The position numbers were made by a program, and so were the translations under genes. From Lama guanicoe (Eukaryota): a stretch of DNA of 64,000 bases. Shown in pieces: positions 12,530 to 24,001 of the stretch. The notes below the pieces were generated by a model, which worked only from the letters and a program-made list of their open reading frames with translations, ran no database searches and was not told the origin of the DNA. Position 1 is the first letter of the stretch; every line of letters starts with the position of its first letter. Where the stretch lies: positions 4,795,824 through 4,859,823 of the forward strand of contig MU054391.1 in assembly GCA_013239625.1 (NCBI GenBank). Reading direction: 5' to 3'.

Positions 12530-13270
12530 AAATACTATGTACTAAGCTCCTAGTACACACCAGCGAGTCTATGTGCCTCAAAGTGTATATTCTCTTTAAT
12601 CCTTACGACCGCCTCTTGAATTATACATATGTCATGGTAACGTCCCTATTAAGGTAATGTCAGTGAAGATAAAGAAGTTGTGGTATATTTATACAGTGGA
12701 ACACTACTCATCCATAAAAAAGAATAAAATAATGCCATTTGCAGCAACATGGATGGACCCAGAGATGGTCATTCTAAGTGAAGTAAGTCAGAAAGAGAAA
12801 GAAAAATACCATATGAGATCACTCATATGTGGAGTCTAAAAAAGAAGAAGAAGAAAGAGGACATTAATGAACTCATCTACACACAGAAACAGACTCACAG
12901 AAATAGCCAACAATCTTATGGGTACTGAGGGAACGAGGTGGGAAGGGATAAATTTGGGCATTTGAGATTTGCAAATGTTAGCCACTATGTGTAAAAATAG
13001 ATTTTAAAAAAAGTTTCTTCTGTGTAGCACAGGGAACTATATTCAATATCTTGTAATAACCTTTAATGAAAAAGAATATGAAAACTTGAATGTATGTATG
13101 TATATGCATGACTGGGACACTGTGCTGTACACCAGAGACTGACACATTGTAACTGACTGTACTTCAATTAAAAAACATAAAAAGATAAGATCAGTGAGGC
13201 TCAGAAGAATGAAGGCGTCCCACGTCTCAAGCTAACATGTGACACAGTCAGGACTGGAACTGGCCCAAGC
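12530..13270 (-). mobile_element. MIR SINE split by an L1 insertion (12667-13181)
   Basis: Left part CTCTTTAATCCTTACGACCGCC...; right part GAGGCTCAGAAGAATGAAGG...CAAGCTAACATGTGACACAGTCAGGACTGGAAC continues the antisense MIR. Confidence 0.6.
12667..13181 (+). mobile_element. 5'-truncated L1 (artiodactyl/camelid type): ORF2 C-terminus, 3' UTR and A-rich tail
   Basis: ORF 12657-12839 gives IKKLWYIYTVEHYSSIKKNKIMPFAATWMDPEMVILSEVSQKEKEKYHMRSLICG, the L1 ORF2 C-terminus. The 3' UTR has TAGCACAGGGAACTATATTCAATATCTTGTAATAACC. TSD aaggtaatgtcagtga (12651-12666) / aagataagatcagtga (13182-13197), 13/16 identical. Confidence 0.95.
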
Positions 13271-14065
13271 ATCACTCTATTCTTTACTCCACATTTATTA
13301 GTGATCTGATTGTAAATAAGACCTCTCATTTTTATTGTGCTAAATTTCACCATGGTGAACCTTCCACCCCCTGACCTCCGCTCAACTTCTTAGCCCATCA
13401 GTAACTATTTTAATCTCTCTTAATTTGATCTTCCTTCAGACATTTAAAAGTAGTCAGCCTGTCCCTCTGACCCAAGTCTGTTTCCAGAGCCCGGCCTGGA
13501 CTAAGTAAATCATGACCTCCGGGAATGTTGATGGATGACTTGGCCCCAAAACCCCAGCTCCTCAAAGCAGAGCTTCCTGAAAGCGGCACAGCCCTGTACG
13601 TACATCAGTGCCTTCTCGGCAATGAGTGGACTTTGGATAAACGAGCAAAAGAACGAAAGGAGGGGGGATAAGGAGGGAAGGAAGCGGGGTGAAGTGAAAC
13701 AGGTTCCCAGAAGAAGTGTATTCCCTCCTTCCCTTGACCTTCTGTGGGCTGCACCCCCTACAGTCAAGGTCCTCACCAGCCAGCTAACACAGCTCTTCCT
13801 GTGCCTCTGCCACCTTCGGAATTGATTTGTTAGGGTAGTTTTGACCTTAGTATATCTAACCAGAAAAAGAAATTACACAGCTCATTTCTAAGTGCTTCTT
13901 TACGTGAGCCTTTAGCAAACAGCGCATTGGAAGTCACGGGTAAGCTCAGTGTTCAGGAGGGTGAGCGAACTGAGACGGAGCCACGAGCACTGCCGCAGCT
14001 CAGATTTCAGCCAGGCTGAGGAGGTGGGCAGGGACACACAACACGGCGGTCTTGGGACTGATCTC

Positions 14066-14170
14066 CTGAGCCCCAGGTACTGCACCCCTGAGCCCCAGGG
14101 TGCTGTGTTCTGAGTCCCGGGGTGCTGTGTTCTGAGTCCCAGGGTGCTGTGCTCTGAGTCCCGGGGTGGT
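14066..14170. repeat. 22-bp minisatellite, about 4.7 copies (CTGAGTCCCGGGGTGCTGTGTT)
   Basis: CTGAG starts at 14066, 14088, 14110, 14132 and 14154, an exact 22-bp period. Confidence 0.95.
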
Positions 14171-14309
14171 GAGTCCCTAAGCTCTGGGAATCTGTTACCC
14201 TCTGTCCCAGGATGCTGTAGGCTTGATGCTCACCTGACAGCAAGTCCCTTTGCCAGAGAACTCACATGCGTCCCACAGGCTGCAATGCACTTCCACAAAC
14301 TTTTCTCAC

Positions 14310-14560
14310 TTTTCTAACTTACAGTTCTGGAGCTCAGAAGTCCCACATAAGTCTCCCAGGGCTAAAATCAAGGTATCTCCAGGGCTCCATTCCTTTCTGG
14401 AGACTGAAGGGGAAATTCAATTCCTTGAATCTTCCGGCTTTTAGAGGCCACTCCATTCCTGGCCTCTCGGATCCCTTTCCCATCTTCTAAGTCAGCAATG
14501 TTGCATCTTTCTGATCATCCTTCTGTGGTCACGAGGCCCTCTGACCTACAGACTCTTCTC
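14310..14560 (-). mobile_element. MLT1D/E-like LTR fragment
   Basis: CTTACAGTTCTGGAGCTCAGAAGTCC...GGGCTAAAATCAAGGTATC...CATTCCTTTCTGGAGACT...GGCTTTTAGAGGCCAC matches antisense MLT1. Confidence 0.75.
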
Positions 14561-14774
14561 ATTTGATCCTCACCCATCACCACCACCTCCACTTTGCAAT
14601 CGAGGAAAGTCAGGTCACCTGCAAGTAGGTGACAACGCCAGGACTCCAGCCCCCATGGTTGGATCCCAGGTCTCACGTTCTGTCTGCCAAAGCCCCTCGT
14701 CCTGCTGGTGGGAGAATCCAGTGGCACAAGGCTGTGAAAAGTGTTGGTAGCCATCTGTACCCAAAGGGTTTGGA

Positions 14775-15110
14775 ATAAATATGTTCATATGCTTTGACAT
14801 GTTAAGCCCCTTCTGGGAATCCATCTAAGTGAACTATGGGGAAAAAGCTTTCATGTACAAAGATGTTCATTGCTTTATTATTTAAGGATAAACTGTATTC
14901 TGGAAAGCTGGAAAACACCTAAGTGCCCAGCAGCAGGGAAGTGGTGAAGTAATTCAGCTACAGTTTTATGTGCATTTATTAAAAGATGCTAGTTAGAAAA
15001 AGACAGTAAAAATGTGGGGAAAACACATTACAATTTTACATGAGGAGACTACAAAACTGAATGTGTATTATTATTCTACAAGTTTATTTAAAACCATATA
15101 TTGAACACCA
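14775..15110 (+). mobile_element. Ancient L1 (L1ME-like) 3' fragment
   Basis: CTTCTGGGAATCCATC...TGTACAAAGATGTTCATTGC...TGGAAAACACCTAAGTGCCCAGCAGCAGGGAAGTGG corresponds to the degenerate end of L1 ORF2. Confidence 0.65.
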
Positions 15111-15255
15111 ACTGCATGGCTGTGAAGGGACAAAACGGACTTAGATCCTGTTTGCTGAGGCCTTCGACCAAGGGACAATCACATCCAGGTAAGAAAGAAA
15201 ATTATTGTGTAGGAAAAAAACAGATGAAAACAAAGAGCGACAGCAGTGAACTTCT

Positions 15256-15422
15256 TCTTTTTTAATTTTTTGGGTGGGGAGGCAATTAGGTTTGTTTATT
15301 TTTATTTATTTAATTTGCTTTGTTCATTTTTATTTTGTATGTTTTAGCAGAGGTACTGAGGATGGAAGCCAGGACCGCATGCATGCTAAGCACGCGCTCT
15401 ACCACTGAGCTCTACCCTCCCC
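15256..15422 (-). mobile_element. Camelid tRNA-derived SINE (Vic-1 type)
   Basis: The minus strand reads GGGGAGGGTAGAGCTCAGTGGTAGAGCGCGTGCTTAGCATGCATGCGGTCCTGGCTTCCATCCTCAGTACCTC (A box, degenerate B box), then an A-rich tail. 15-bp TSD cagcagtgaacttct (15241-15255) / cagcggtgaacttct (15423-15437). Confidence 0.92.
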
Positions 15423-16664
15423 CAGCGGTGAACTTCTGATTGTGAAAATACACATAGCTTCTTTTTCTTCCCTTCGTTTTACTCTTTTTGCATTTTTAAA
15501 TTTGGAGCAATGAGTAAGCACTGCTTTCTTTAGACGTACACTTTATTATTTGAAAGAAGTGTGTACCTGATGTTACCTCCCAACAGCCCCACACCCTCGG
15601 CGGGCTCTCCTGGTGCGGGGTTGTGAGTGGCCCCAGGTCTGGGGTCAGGTCAGCTTCCTCTCCAAGTCCCAGTGACGTAGTGCCTACAGGTCACAGGCAC
15701 CAGGAAACACCCGCAGAAGGGCCAAGGTGGTCAAATGAAGAGGGCTTAGCCTGGCCACAGGGCAGGTCTGAGTGTGAATCCCAGCTCAGCCCATCCCCCA
15801 GCTGGATGACCCCGGGCTTGTGGGTCCCCAGCCCCTCTGTCCCTCCATCTCCTCTCCCATGAGGTGAGCAGCCCTGCAGACCCATAGCTGTAACCCACAC
15901 AGTGGGCTCCCAATCAGCAAGGTGGTGACTGGTTGAACTTAGTTGCATCTCGGCAGCCGCCCTCCTCCAATCTCTCAGTTTTTGCTTCCATCTGACAAGG
16001 GTCACCACTCCCGTTTATCAGACAATCTCTTAAGGGTAAGCCCAGGGTGTTTGAGGGGTGATGCAGGTCTGTTAAGTGCCATACACTTGGCCTGTGAGCA
16101 GCTGTATTTCCCTCCAAACCACAGAACAAGCCCCTTGCTGACGTCCCCTCCACAGACAGGACTGCAGGAGCAAAGGCCCAGGCTGAGGGCCCCTGGTCGA
16201 GGAGGGGCTCAGCAAAACCAGAGGGTTCCAGCACCTTCTATGGCAAGCAGTGGTGCACATCCAACCCTGCTCCCCCCATCACCTTGATGCACCTGAAGAA
16301 AGTACCCGTGAGATTGGAGCCTCGGCTCCCAGAGAATATAAACAATGTTGGCAGTGAAGAGAAACTACAGATGAGTCAAGATAAGCATGTTGAGTTCTTT
16401 TTCTTTTTTTTTTTTTCCTGACCTTCACGGTTATCCTCACACAACGGATGATAACATTTAACCATTTCTAATAACTTCTACATGCAGTGCAGAATGAACT
16501 TAAACAGACAAGCTATTTCATTTGGAGATTTTTTGGGTTTAAATGTCTTGTTTTCTCTGCATTAGGCATTTCTGAATCTGAAGAGAATCTCTTTTTCTCC
16601 TTTCCTTTTCTCCAGATGAGTACCATCGAGTGAAAGCCTCACGTGTGATGCTCAGGAGGTGGGT

Positions 16665-16772
16665 GGTCTCGAGTCAGCCCTGTCCTGGGTAAGTTGCTTT
16701 CCCTCTGGGGATGCAATTTCCACCTGGGAAATGCAGCCTGGACCAGATGACACCTCGAGTTCCTTCCAGCCC
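16665..16772 (+). mobile_element. MIR3/MIRc-like fragment
   Basis: CTGGGTAAGTTGCTTTCCCTCTG...AATTTCCACCTGGGAAATG...TGGACCAGATGACACCTCGAGTTCCTTCCAGC resembles the MIR3 core plus tail. Confidence 0.5.
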
Positions 16773-17159
16773 CACCGAGAGGAATCAGGGAGTAGCCTCG
16801 TTCCGCTCCGGTCACCGAAGTGAGACCCTACCCAACTTTCCTCTCTGCTCTTTCAATACCACTTAAGCAGTCACAGTGCTTCTGCTCCTGTCGCATTGCC
16901 CCGTTCATTGGACAAAACCTGCTGGGAACATGGATGCCCAGGGCAGAGAAAGCCACCAACGCGAGCTCCTCCCCAGGGGCAGCCTGGAGGCCATGGGGCC
17001 CTTGAACCAGAAAGTGCCAATTCCCAGACCTCATGCTCCAGACACCTCTCAAGACCCAACTTCACTGGCTCAAATCCAAGCCAACGCAACGCCTGGACAG
17101 TTCAAGAGCCCACAGTCACCAGCAGCAAGAAGTGACGTTTCTCTGCACTGGTGTTTTCC

Positions 17160-17536
17160 GTCTGGTTGGCGTCTCAGGCTCGCCATGACAAACACCACAG
17201 GCAGGGGGCTTAAATAGCAGAGATTTACCTCCTCACCGTCTAGAAGCTGGAAGTCTGAGATCTCAGTGTCGGCACAGCTGGTTTCTCCTGAGAGCTCTCT
17301 TCTCGGCTCGTAGGAGGCCGCCTTCCCCCGTATTCTCGCGTGGTCACCCCTCTGCATGTGTCCGTGTTCTAATCTCCTCTTGTAAGGACACTGGTCAGAT
17401 TGGATTAGGCCCACTGACCTCATTCTAGCTCAGTCAGTTCTTCAAAAATTCTTCCTCCAAATACAGCCACATCCTGAGGTCCTGGGGGTTAGGACTTCAA
17501 CCTGTGAATTTGGGGGACACAGTGCAGACAGTAATA
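17160..17536 (-). mobile_element. MLT1A/B solo LTR
   Basis: GGCTTAAATAGCAGAGATTTA...AGCTGGAAGTCTGAGATC...TCTTGTAAGGACACTGGTCAGATTGGATTAGG...GGGTTAGGACTTCAACCTGTGAATTTGGGGGACACA. Confidence 0.88.
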
Positions 17537-19201
17537 TCCTCCATAGCATCACTTTCCAGATGAGAAAGCTGAGGCTTTTCCTCACCCTCAGAGCAAATTC
17601 GTGTCAGAGGCCCAAGCGGAGTGCTTATCCCCTGGGCCCGCAGCCTCTGCCCCGCCCACCATCCCACAGACCGAGCTCCCCACCACCCCGAAACCACAGT
17701 CCATCCCAGATAAAGCCCCACTTGCTCATTTATGGAAGAGCCAATCCATGGAAGACAGAAGGCTTGTGGATCAGATGCAGTTATCAGCTCTGGCCTCTGG
17801 CAAGTCACTGAAGACTCACCAGGCCCGAATACCCTGGTCTGCAAAATGGAGAAGTGAATACCCGAAGGTGTGGCGTCTGCCTTGGTAAGCCCGTCGGGGC
17901 CACGAGGAGGGCTGCTGGGCCCGGTCACGGGAATGTTTCAAGAAGGTTCCCGGCCAACAGGGAAGCCACCTGAGGACACACTTTGTATGTGCTTTGGAGG
18001 CTTCATTTTGGGTCAATAATGTAAATTAAATCTCAGGTTACTCTGAGACACTGAAGTAAGCCCTCCGTCTAAGGCCACCCCCAGACCAAACGCAATTGGC
18101 TTCTCTCTGTTTCTGAGTTCTGAAAGAGAACAGGCAGCTCTTCCAGAGCGCTGGAGGCGGCAGAAGCACCGCTGCTGCAGATGGACCGCCGCTCAGAGAC
18201 GTCCAGCTGACTCCCTCTGTCCTCGGTCCAGAAGCAAGGGACAGGGACGAGGGCACATGAGGCACCCAGTGTTCTAGAAGAAGGAAAAGCCCCGAAGTTC
18301 TAGATCCTGGGGCCATGGTGGTTCACGACGCGGAAACCCCATCGCTAGGCTCCGGGTTGTTTGTGGATTAAATCAGAGAAGAGAAGACAAACATGTGCAG
18401 CTCTCCAGTGCCGCAGGTGAGGGAGAAGGGATGTGGCCTTGTGGACGGGCCCCTGGCTCTTGAGCCCTTCTGCATCTCAACAAGGGACTGGGGCCAGGTG
18501 CCATAGCTTCTCCCCGCGCTAGTTTCTCCGCTTGACAAAGGACACTCCCCGTGTCCTTGTGTGTGACAGCGAGATTGTTTATAGCAAGCCCTTATGCAAA
18601 TGAGTGTGATGCAGAGCTGGTGCAAGGTTCCACTGGGGTCTGGCACAGGGTAAACAGTAAATACACAGGTATGTTTAAATCTGTGTGTATTAGTTTCCTC
18701 CATATGTCCTGACAAGCAGGCTGCATGAGCAAGGCCTTCTCCCTTCAGCCTTGGAAGGTACTCTAATCCCATCTTAAACGTGCAAAGCACTTTGCCGTTT
18801 AGAAGGTGCCTCCGAGCGCCATCACTTAATAGGTGATCAACACACGGCCTTACAGGGTACACTGTCTCCGCTAATACCCAGGCCCGGGAGAGCAAGTGAG
18901 CGGCCTCAGCTACCCTTCACCTGGCTCTGCCGACTCCAGAGCCAGGATGCTTTCCCTGGCAAACAGATAAACCGTTTCTTCCTCCCTGGCAGGAAGTCCA
19001 GCGACCTGCGCTGCAGGACAGCTGCGCCGAAATGTGCTGGCCAGAGCGTCGAACTCTGCAGGTCACGGTTGCTTTCAGACTACCTGGCTAACTAGCCCTT
19101 CCAAAGCTGTCTTTAAAGTCTGTTTTACCTGATGCCTAGCGTTCTCCCAGCTTGGTTCCCATTTCCTTTTAGGATAAGTGCTTCCAACCATTAAAATTAA
19201 C

Positions 19202-19497
19202 AGAAGAAAGGAAGGAAGGAGAGAAGAAGGAAGGAAGGGAGGAAGGGAGGGAGGGAGGAAGGAAGGAAGGGACGGAGGGAGGGAGGAAGAAAGGAAGGGA
19301 GGGAGGGAGGAAGGGAGGAAGGGAGGGAGGAGGAAGGAAGGAAGGGAGGGAGGGAGGAGGGGAGGAAGGGAGGGAGGGAGGAAGGAAGGAAGGAAGGAAG
19401 GAAGGGAGGGAGGGAGGAAGGGAGGAAGGGAGGGAGGGAGGAAGGGAGGAAGGGAGGAAGGGAGGGAGGAAGGGAGGGAGGAAGGAAGAAGGAAGGG
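19202..19497. repeat. Polypurine (GGAA/GGGA)n microsatellite
   Basis: About 295 bp of almost pure A/G on the + strand. Confidence 0.95.
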
Positions 19498-20419
19498 TTG
19501 TTATATTTTTTAAATCCTCCATTTTCACTTTGATATTCTGTTTTCCTATTTCTTTAATGAGATGTGAGGATAAACTGAGTTTCCCCCTGCAGCCAGTCAA
19601 AGAGCTCCACCCGCCCCCAGCTTCCCACTCGCCCTGTAAGTACCAGGAGGCAGCGCAGGCGGGCCTGCCCCGCAGAGAGGCCAGGGCGCCGCCTGTCACC
19701 CTTCCCAGTCTGCATTCCACTTCGTGAGTCAGGCCGAGCCTGCCTCGCAGCTCCACTGTGGCCAGAATGTGCAGGCTGTGCAGTGTTTATAGCTCCTTTT
19801 CCTCCTCTCAGTGAGGTGCCTGATAAGGCGATGTCACCTCTGGCAGGTGCAACCGTCCACGCTGGCTCACTGACTGCTGCGGGCGTCGGGCCCCAGGACC
19901 TTGCACGGTGCCCACCACCGCTGCCCCTCCCCGGCTGCAAGGACAGCCACATCCAGCTCCTCCAGGCCAGGAACTCAGCAACTGGGTACTGCTGGTGTTT
20001 GCTCCAAGGTTCAGTATTTGAGACTCAGGGCTAAATTCAGTAATAACACCACAACTTCACCAAAAAGCATTATAGTGATTACTGAGTTATATTAGGAGCT
20101 TATTTAAGATAACAGCTTATTTGCACAATATGGTTCAAATAGATGGTTAGTGGAGTCAGTGCAGTTGTTAAACCTCTTATGTACATTAGCATAATCACTC
20201 TGGAAGTGTGCGCTGCTTCTAAACATATGAACAGCTAAAACCGAAAGCATAAATGTATGTCTTTTAAGGTGGTGGCACAGTTAGAATAAGAGGGTTTAGG
20301 TTTATATGTAAACAGGAATTTAGTTGTCTCTTTAGCACAGTACAGTAGGTTGTAAAAATCTCTCCAAGACAGCTCTCTTAAAGAAGCCAAAGCTCTTTTC
20401 CCAAACTGTTACGTTTCAT

Positions 20420-20625
20420 TAATAGTATTTTCTGTTTATCAAATCCCTCCTGTGTGCCAGGCACTTTACATAAATATCTCATTTAGTTTACCCTTCCCTG
20501 CACTCATAATAAATATGATTGTCCCTGTTGGATAGAAGGTAACATTGAGGCTCTAAGAGGTGCAATGACTTGTCTGGGGCCACAGAGCTAGAAGGAGAAG
20601 GCAGATCTAACGCCAGCCTCTGGGC
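20420..20625 (-). mobile_element. MIR SINE
   Basis: TGTGTGCCAGGCACTTTACATAAATATCTCATTTAG...ACATTGAGGCTCTAAGAGGTGCAATGACTTG...CACAGAGCTAG. Confidence 0.75.
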
Positions 20626-21241
20626 ACTCCCTGTGTTTCCCTGCTCCTCTGTTACCCGGCACCAAATGTGGAGTGTCCAGCGGGGTTCCAGACATCCCCT
20701 GAAACCTCAGGACGAGCCTCAGGGTCTCTGTCATTCCCCCAGGGTGCCTGAGTGATCCGGGGTTCCAGAACCCTCGCTCAGCTACAGAGCGTGGGAGGAA
20801 ACCAAAGCCAGCGCCTGAACCCAGAGGGGAAGCCTTTGGCCCTAACCCTCTGCCTCCTCTCCTGAGACCAAGGCTGCCAGGGCGGTCCTCTGATGACGGA
20901 AGCCAGCGGGTCTCAGCGCAGTTGGGAACTTCCACAAAGTTTGCAGATCCGTCACCTGGCTCCCACCTGCGACTGTCTCGCTCTGACCTGTGCACAGTGG
21001 CTCTTACCTGGCTGAGATCATGACTGCTCCGTGTCTCTCTTCAGCATCCTAGCAGATGGCTGCATTTTTTTTTTCCTTAACAGGGAAGCATGACTTTCCT
21101 CACTTCCCACATGGGACACCCGCCAAGCTACACTGAGAGACGCAGGTCAGCGCTCCGGGCCCTTCTCACCAGCCCACCAGCCTCCCAGCCTGAGATGCCT
21201 TCAGACTTTTGCATCTGAACTTGCCAAGTCACTCAAAAATA

Positions 21242-21535
21242 CAGCCATTCTCTCGTGTCCTTGGGGGAGGGTTCCAAAATTCTCGCGTGCTCAAGTCCCT
21301 GAGATAAAACACTACAGTACTTGCACGCGACCTACGCACATCCTCCTGTCTCCTTCCAATCATCTCTAGATTGCTTATCACCCTAACACGATGCGAAGGC
21401 TGTGTCAGTGGTTGCCGGCATAGCAAATTCAAGTTTTGCTGGTTGAAACTGTCTGGAATTTGTTTCTTCGAATATTCTCCATCCGAGATTGATTGAACCC
21501 ACTGATCCAGAACCCAAGAACACGGAGGCTGGCTG
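21242..21535 (+). mobile_element. MER2/MER2B (TcMar-Tigger) non-autonomous DNA transposon
   Basis: CAG...CTG termini flanked by TA (21240-21241 and 21536-21537). Internal GCTCAAGTCCC...CCTACGCACATCCTCC...ATCATCTCTAGATT and CAAATTCAAGTTTTGCT. Confidence 0.85.
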
Positions 21536-22244
21536 TAGTCCCAGTGCTAAAAGTTGATGTCAGCGCGCACCTATGATTCTTTCCAACAGTAGCCTCCACG
21601 TGCCCCCGCCCCAGCCTTACGCTAACCCGTAGCTCCATTGACTCATTCGAGTTCAACTCTGAACCTCTGATAAGAAAGCTGTAAGGCTGGAAATTAACCA
21701 AGACATCAATTGTACAATGTAGCTAATTGTGTATCTCACACATAATATGAATTCACGCAATGTGACACGTTGAGTTATAATGGAGAGGGCAATAAATATG
21801 CTAAAGGTTCTTAAAGGTGTTTTCTCTAAGCACACAGAACATTCCAGGGCAACATACCCCCACCCCCAGCCAAACACGCTGCCCAGGCGGGCCTTCAGTT
21901 GGCTGGTGGAGTTCTCCGCCCCTCACACCGAGGGTGGTGTGTCTCCCGGCCTTGGCCTGGGTGCCCGTGACCCCAAGGAGGACAGGGGACCGCGTGGACT
22001 CTGAGGCTTCCGCACCAGAAGCAGCTGCTGCAGAACCTGCAGGCCCTGCCGTCTTGCCCCAGCGCTCGGAGATGTCGGAGGCGGACAGCAAAGCAGACGG
22101 GAGAGCTCTGTCCTCCGGGGGTCCCAGGAGAATCCCACCCAGGAGACACTACGGTCAGCATGTGGGTAACGTTCTCGGGGCGAGAAGCGACCACAGCAAA
22201 ATCACATCTCTCCGGGGCCGCAGATCAGGAAGGATTCAAGCGGG

Positions 22245-22440
22245 GGTGGACCTTGGTAACTCAAAGGGACATGTCACTGAGATCTCTGTTCAAATCCCAG
22301 CTCCACCCTGTCTCGGCTGTAAGACCTGGGACAAGGGTCTGGCCCCACCTGTAAGCTGGAGAAGGTGACAGCAGAGACCTGACAGAGCTGTTGGGAAAAG
22401 GGCCACGCAAAGCCCAGAGCGGAGTGTCCAGCACTCAAGG
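22245..22440 (+). mobile_element. MIR SINE (degraded)
   Basis: GTTCAAATCCCAGCTCCACC...GCTGTAAGACCTGGGACAAG...CACCTGTAAGCTGG. Confidence 0.6.
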
Positions 22441-23729
22441 AACAGGAAATTGAGAGGAGCCTGTGTTTACATTAGACACGTAGAAGGGTTTCTCTTGGGA
22501 TGTAACGCGCCCCACACAGCTTGCTCTGAGTGGCTGCTTCTGCGTGGAGCACACCTATAAACACTCCCCGATCCGCGGTCCAGCCGCACATCCCACGTAT
22601 CCTCAGACAGCAGTGAGACAATGACGTCTGCACAGAAGCCTCCTCACACCCTAGGCTGAGTTAGGTGCCCCCTGGTCATCATCTGTGTCCATCTCCACCC
22701 CTGGACAAGGTCCTGGCCACCTTCTCGCTCTCTCTCCAGATGCCCTCCTGGGGCACAGTGGAGCCTGGCAAATGTTTGTTTACTGGACGGAAGTTGACAA
22801 GTTTCCCCTGGCCGATGAGTTTCAGTTTGGTTCCCCCGATAGCCAACCCAAGGTGGATTTTAAATTGGTAGACACACCTGTGTTTAGTACATGGGTGAAT
22901 TCACCCAGTCCCCACGCTGGTCTTGGAACCGTCTGTCTTATAAAAATAACAAGAGGAACTTTGAGCACACTGAATGCCCGTGGGCACTGCACCCTGGGGG
23001 CCGGGGCGGGGAGAAAATTCACAGGGTCTTTTGGTCTGTCCTTCCCCCCCGCCGAGGTAGGGAGTGGTAGCCCCACTTCACAGATGAGTAAACTGACACT
23101 CTCAGCAAGTCTCATTTGCCAAAAGTCATGCAGCTGTTCAGTGTTTATCTGCACTTGAGAAGAGAAAGCCACTGGGGTCTGTTCCAGGAATTAGGAACGC
23201 TGATGCTGAGAACACTTAAAAATAGCCCCACTCACTTTCCCATTCTTGAAACAGGTTTGCTAATTAGGGACACGGCTCAAAAAATCCAGAGAAGTGACTC
23301 AGTTCCTAACAAAATGTCATTTCTCCCCATCACTTCGGGACAACCCCAGCAAAGCCTGCTGGGAGGGAGGGACAGAGAAAGACAGAGAGAGGAGGGAAAG
23401 GACGCATCAGCAGGAGACCAGAGCCATGTCCTCTCCCATCGCCTTGGGTTGGGAGGGCTCACAAGGCAAGAAAGCACGCCTGCTGCGAAGTCAAGGGCAG
23501 CCCGGAGGGCTCATTTCCTGTCTTCTAAATATATTCTTGTTCTGATGGTATCTTGCCCCCTGCGTCATGGAGGATGGCCACCCTTTACATTGCAAATGCC
23601 TCAAGAACTCTTCAGCCTGGAGGAAGCTACACTTACTAAACACCTTCAAAAACGGTGTGCTCAGGCCCTGCTCAGCCACTGGGCAGTGCCCGGGCCTGCC
23701 TTTTCCACTCCTTCTCATCCCTGCCCCTC

Positions 23730-23951
23730 CTTCTTTCCACCTTCCACCTCCTCCTTTTCATCCTCCCTCCTCCTCCTCCTTTCCATCCTCCAGCTCCTCC
23801 TCCTCCTCCTCCCCATCCTCCTCCTCTCCATCCTCCAGTTCCTCCTTATCCTCCTCCTCCCCATCCTCCCTCTTCCCCATCCTCCTCCTCTCCATCCTCC
23901 AGCTCCTCCCCCTCCTCCTCCCCACCCTCCTCCTCTCCCTCCCCCCGCCCC

Positions 23952-24001
<50 letters not shown>

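Noticed and set aside
12657..12839. 60-aa ORF as a host gene
   Set aside because: It is the C-terminus of L1 ORF2 in a 5'-truncated insertion.
14066..14170. CRISPR-like array
   Set aside because: Head-to-tail tandem units with no unique spacers, in mammalian DNA.
15345..15422. tRNA-Ala-like gene on the minus strand
   Set aside because: SINE head: degenerate B box, A-rich tail and flanking TSD; no intact acceptor stem.
19169..19756. 195-aa and 111-aa ORFs (LPPS/GGRE repeats)
   Set aside because: Translations of the GGAA/GGGA microsatellite.
21045..21062. CTCF-like motifs (CTAGCAGATGGCTG here; weaker ones near 27900, 34835, 48070 and 56515)
   Set aside because: Each has mismatches or indels against the core; cannot be supported without PWM scoring or ChIP.
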